This document shows, piece after piece, positions 28,508 through 32,000 of a stretch of DNA of 32,000 nucleotides. Source of the DNA: Okeania sp. (GTDB lineage Bacteria; Cyanobacteriota; Cyanobacteriia; Cyanobacteriales; Microcoleaceae); contig NZ_JAYKGW010000128.1 of NCBI RefSeq assembly GCF_035285525.1, forward strand, positions 1-32,000, written 5' to 3'. Each line of letters opens with the position of its first letter. Position 1 is the stretch's first letter. The position numbers and the translations under genes were made by a program. The notes under the pieces are model-generated. The model made no database searches and was not told where the DNA came from. It worked only from the letters and a program-made list of their open reading frames with translations.

Positions 28508-28790
28508 TAATTAAGGTTTGCTGAAAAACTCTTTTGGTGAAAGTAGGGAGTAGGGAGTAGGGAGTCAACCTACCCCTAACCCCTCCCAAAAGGAATGACA
28601 GTTATAGAGGAATTAGAAGTAAGAATTGTCTCTTAATTTTTCACCTCAAGCGTGAGCCTTCTGATGCTAACTTTTTCAACCTTTTTGACCTAAAAACTGA
28701 CACTTTTTCCAGACTTAAAAAAGCTAAAAGCTTTATATTTATATTCTTTTATATTTCCATACGCCAGACCTAATTATTAATTATCCATTG
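28508..28790 (+). repeat. Dispersed repeat family A, full-length copy
   Basis: TTAAGGTTTGCTGAAAAACTC...(GTAGGGA)x3...TTATAGAGGAATTAGAAGTAAGAATTGTCTCTTAATTTTTC...GCTAACTTTTTCAACCTTTTTGACCTAAAAACTGACACTTTTTC...TTCCATACGCCAGACCTAATTA. Confidence 0.7.
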
Positions 28791-28984
28791 GCAAATAGGT
28801 AATAATATTAACTGAGAATGTAGGGATATTCTATGAAATATCCCTACAATATTTTTATCTATTATTCATATAGTTTAATCTGCTTTCAATTTAACATTGA
28901 AAGCAGTTTTCAGCAAAAAAATTTTACTTTAGTTGTCAAATACTGTATTATTGCTAAAATAAATTTCTAGACGAGGTTTTTTAT

Positions 28985-29040
28985 AACTTCTTCCCTTTTC
29001 CTTCTTCCCTTTTCCTTCTTCCCTCTTCCCTCTTCCTCCA
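28985..29040. repeat. CT-only degenerate heptamer array abutting a start codon
   Basis: CTTCTTCCCTTTTCCTTCTTCCCTTTTCCTTCTTCCCTCTTCCCTCTTCCTCC ends 4 nt before the ATG at 29045. Similar CT arrays occur at about 4615-4680 and 23285-23340. Confidence 0.9.
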
Positions 29041-29044
29041 TAAT

Positions 29045-29656
29045 ATGTCTTACAATGAATTTACTCTCTCAAAATTAGAATCTGAATTTAACCTAATACT
29101 TCAGCAACGAGTAGAATTATTCAAGTCAATAGAATTTGTAAATCCTAGTGCTTTACTAAAAGAAATTTTAGCTGAAAATATTCCTTTAGCATTAGAAATT
29201 GATACAGAAAAAGCTCGTTCAGAATTAATTATTTCTCCAATCATGGTAGAACTTAGAAAATATTTTAATCGCCAAATTAGTTTATTTTCTGGAACAGAGT
29301 TTAACGTAAATCAAAGTAAAGGATTAACAGGAAGATGTGATTTTATTATTAGTTATTCTGCAAAACAATCAGAAATAACTGCTCCTGTCGTGACAATTAT
29401 TGAAGCAAAAAACGATAATATTAAATCTGGATTAGCTCAGTGTATAGCAGAAATGGTGGCTGCTCAATTATTTAACCAACAAAAAAATAATCAAATTTAT
29501 TGTATTTATGGAATTATTACAACTGGCAGTAATTGGAAATTTTTAAGGTTAACAGAAAATCAAGTTGATATTGAAGTAGGTGAGTATTTTATTGGAAATT
29601 TGCAATATTTGTTGGGAATTTTAGTTTCTATTATTAAAAATACTTATTCTGGTTGA
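29045..29656 (+). CDS. PD-(D/E)XK-like protein (second cyanobacterial family member), function unknown
   Basis: 203 aa. GRCDFIISY...VVTIIEAKNDNIKSGLAQCIAEMVAAQ...IYGIITTGSNWKFLRL. This is a D...E-x-K core plus a TG..W.FL.L tail, the same layout as 6512..7174. Confidence 0.65.
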   Translation: MSYNEFTLSKLESEFNLILQQRVELFKSIEFVNPSALLKEILAENIPLALEIDTEKARSELIISPIMVELRKYFNRQISLFSGTEFNVNQSKGLTGRCDFIISYSAKQSEITAPVVTIIEAKNDNIKSGLAQCIAEMVAAQLFNQQKNNQIYCIYGIITTGSNWKFLRLTENQVDIEVGEYFIGNLQYLLGILVSIIKNTYSG

Positions 29657-29768
29657 TAATCGTCGTAAAATTTAGGTTATTATAGGGAGTTTAATCTCAG
29701 TTCAGCTCTACTGTTAGTGGGCAATATATCCCACATTACAGTATAAACATAAATATTGATTTTTTGTC

Positions 29769-30590
29769 TTAAACATTTGCTTTAAGTTTTTTTAAAACTG
29801 GTTTAATTTCATAACCAATAGCTTGTGAAATTAGTTTACATTCTTCTGAAGTAACCAATTTTCTGACATACTCAGGAAGTTTTTCTGGAATATAAGTTTC
29901 TTGTAGCCACTGATGAAATTCTCCCAGTAATTTATAGGGATAAATATTAGCAAGTTGTTCACCTCTTTTATCTGGATAATGGTGAAGATACTGTTCAAAA
30001 TCTGTTTCATATCCGTTCTCTCTTAACCAATAACACCAAGTTTTACCCACCGAAATTTCAATAGTTGCTCTATCATGTAAAATCACATTCTTAGATTCTA
30101 ATTTCCTCATTAATTTACCAATTTCTTCAAAAACACACCATCTACCTTTTGGTAGTTCAGTTTTTTCCTCAAACAACCTTAAGCGTTCGTACCAAACACG
30201 TTGATAAGGATGCAAATTTATAGGTTCTTGAGTAGCAGGTTTTTGACTTGCGAAAAGCCATTGCTCAACCCACTCAGACACCATCATTTCAAATTCACGC
30301 GATAGCCACATAGCAAAAGAAATAGCAAGTTTAGGGTGAATCCAAACTTCTCTATTTTTACCTTCTCCTTTTTTTTCCACAAGCTGATAAACCTCAAGTT
30401 TTGTTCTATCGGATAAAAGCTCTATATATTCATTTCCTCTATCTGTTTCAAACCAGCTATTGGGGTTTTTATACTTTCCTGTTTGATTTTTATATGCTCT
30501 CGCTAACTTACTTACATTTATATAGCCATCAGAATAGCACTGAGTAACTACTAATTCGCCAACAGGATGTTCAATATAGTGTATTCTGAT
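29769..30590 (-). pseudogene. KilA-N domain protein whose N-terminus lacks an in-frame canonical start
   Basis: The track ORF starts at an internal GTG (30380). My translation upstream, in the same frame, is open back to 30590: IRIHYIEHPVGELVVTQCYSDGYINVSKLARAYKNQTGKYKNPNSWFETDRGNEYIELLSDRTKLEVYQLVEKKGEGKNREVWIHPKLAISFAMWLSREFE. This is a KilA-N pattern. The only ATG (30594-30592) is one nucleotide out of frame and hits TGA after 7 codons. Confidence 0.65.
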
Positions 30591-30739
30591 TCATTTCCTT
30601 TCCAAATAATTCATAATATAAAAAATAATGTTTTCTTATAAATAATTCAGTGGCTATTTTCCGAACTAAAAAGTTCGTTAACCACTAAATCACAAAATCA
30701 ACTTTTGTTGTAAAATATTAAAGTTTTTGACTTTATTTA

Positions 30740-31831
30740 TTAACTCATTCTCAGCAATACTTTCCTCAATACATCAGCACTCACTTTATCAGTCACTGTG
30801 ACAACTCCTATTCCCGTCGGTAACACAAACCGCACCTTACCTGCTTTTACCTTTTTATCAGTCTGCAAAGAAACCAAAATCTCCTCAATATCTAATCCAC
30901 TAGGCAATTTTGTCGGCAAACTAGCTTTTTCTATCAAACCTAACTGACGGCGATCGCTCTCTTCATCCCACATTCCTAACTCTACCCCTAACCGACTCGC
31001 TGCCACCATCCCAATAGCAACCGCTTCCCCATGAATCACCACCGTATAACCAGTCAAACTTTCCACCCCATGACCTATGGTGTGACCATAATTCAAAATT
31101 GCTCTTAACCCAGACTCTTTCTCATCTTTTGCTACCACATCTGCCTTACTTTGACAAGACCTAATCAAAATTTCCTCTAATAACCCTGGTGTTAAACTAT
31201 TAATTTCATCCAGACCTTGACTATTCTCCATATGACCAAATAATTCAGCATCCCAAATTACCCCATATTTAATTACTTCTGCCATTCCACCCCGAAATTC
31301 TCGCACAGGTAAAGTTTTCAGTACATCAGGGTCAATTAATACTAACCGTGGTTGATAGAAAGCACCGATGAGATTTTTCCCTTGAGGATGATTAACTCCA
31401 GTTTTGCCCCCAATAGCAGCATCCACCATCGCCAGCAAAGAAGTAGGAACTTGCACCACATTCAAACCCCGTAACCAAGTCGCAGCAGCAAACCCAGTCA
31501 TATCCCCAACCACTCCACCACCCAGAGCAACCATTGTAGAAGACCTTTCCAGACGGTGTGCTAAAGCAGCATCATAAATATTGTGCAGAGTTTGGGGAGT
31601 TTTGTATTCCTCTCCTGCCGGGAGAATACAGTGAGAGACATCAAAATTGGCTTTTTGGAGTGAGGCGATCGCTCTTTCCCCATAATGAGCAAATATTTCT
31701 GGGTTGGAGACCAGCAAGACCTTTTTGCCCAAGTTAAGGGGTGACATTTTTAGGCCAAGTTGGTCAAGGTTGCCAGGAGCGATCGCTATTTGATAGGACT
31801 TTTGGGGCAGTTGGACAGTTATAGATGCCAT
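30740..31831 (-). CDS. aroB: 3-dehydroquinate synthase
   Basis: 363 aa. [41 protein letters not shown], and the HGEAVAIGM metal site. Confidence 0.95.
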   Translation of the reverse strand: MASITVQLPQKSYQIAIAPGNLDQLGLKMSPLNLGKKVLLVSNPEIFAHYGERAIASLQKANFDVSHCILPAGEEYKTPQTLHNIYDAALAHRLERSSTMVALGGGVVGDMTGFAAATWLRGLNVVQVPTSLLAMVDAAIGGKTGVNHPQGKNLIGAFYQPRLVLIDPDVLKTLPVREFRGGMAEVIKYGVIWDAELFGHMENSQGLDEINSLTPGLLEEILIRSCQSKADVVAKDEKESGLRAILNYGHTIGHGVESLTGYTVVIHGEAVAIGMVAASRLGVELGMWDEESDRRQLGLIEKASLPTKLPSGLDIEEILVSLQTDKKVKAGKVRFVLPTGIGVVTVTDKVSADVLRKVLLRMS

Positions 31832-31916
31832 GAGAAATTTAAGATTTTGCTATTTTGAACATTTGGTATTAAACTTATATCTTAATAGTTTTATTTACCA
31901 TTTTGGAGAAAAGTTA

Positions 31917-32000
31917 ATGACTGTTGAAGGAATAATTGCTTTTTTTGGGATTTATTTTGCTGCTTTAAGTGTAGCTACAGTTCTGATGTTTGGCTTGCGG
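31917..32000 (+). CDS. Start of a small or unknown membrane protein; runs off the right edge
   Basis: ATG at 31917 with GGAGA 9 nt upstream. The 28 visible codons, MTVEGIIAFFGIYFAALSVATVLMFGLR, form a TM helix. Confidence 0.4.
   Translation, partial: MTVEGIIAFFGIYFAALSVATVLMFGLR

Noticed and set aside
1-32000. patS/patX-like heterocyst-inhibitor peptides (RGSGR/RGTGR) in small ORFs
   Set aside because: I found no R-G-S/T-G-R coding string. The only GSG strings are the kinase glycine loop (about 2753) and QGSGWP in the HNH gene.

Overview
AT-rich cyanobacterial chromosome segment. I infer a filamentous, heterocyst-forming (Nostocales-type) lineage from three things. By eye I count 16 copies of the HIP1 octamer GCGATCGC. 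There are more than 15 heptanucleotide (STRR-type) tandem arrays. Nostoc-type palindromic intergenic repeats and the gene content also fit. The backbone is housekeeping: dnaG, a DUF502 protein, nusB, ftsY, a GAF-PP2C phosphatase, argH, bioF, an alpha/beta hydrolase, a Nudix hydrolase, a conserved small HNH protein and aroB. A C5 DNA methyltransferase is cut by the left edge, followed by yraN and a pentapeptide-repeat protein. Two small accessory islets sit between core genes. The first (5.0-7.2 kb) holds vapBC, an Rpn/DUF4351-like remnant and a PD-(D/E)XK-like protein. The second (26.1-30.6 kb) holds an RHH protein, HNH, a hypothetical, a second PD-(D/E)XK-like protein and a KilA-N protein. 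Coding density is low, roughly 55-60 percent by my tally. Spacers of 0.5-1.6 kb are filled with dispersed repeat families. At least four genes look decayed: the Ser/Thr kinase-FGE fusion, the vapB-like antitoxin, the Rpn-like remnant and the KilA-N N-terminus. I found no rRNA, tRNA, CRISPR array, transposase or reverse transcriptase. I do not see a convincing novel multi-gene protein system. The best candidate for something undescribed is non-coding. It is a tandem array of three 257/309-bp units (25232-25960), each with a near-consensus promoter exactly 30 nt upstream of a conserved ATGACTTTTTATTCAA box, plus a diverged fourth module at 4852-4926. A perfect 99-bp promoter-like duplication lies at 2264-2583. 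All functional readings of these are inference and need transcript data.
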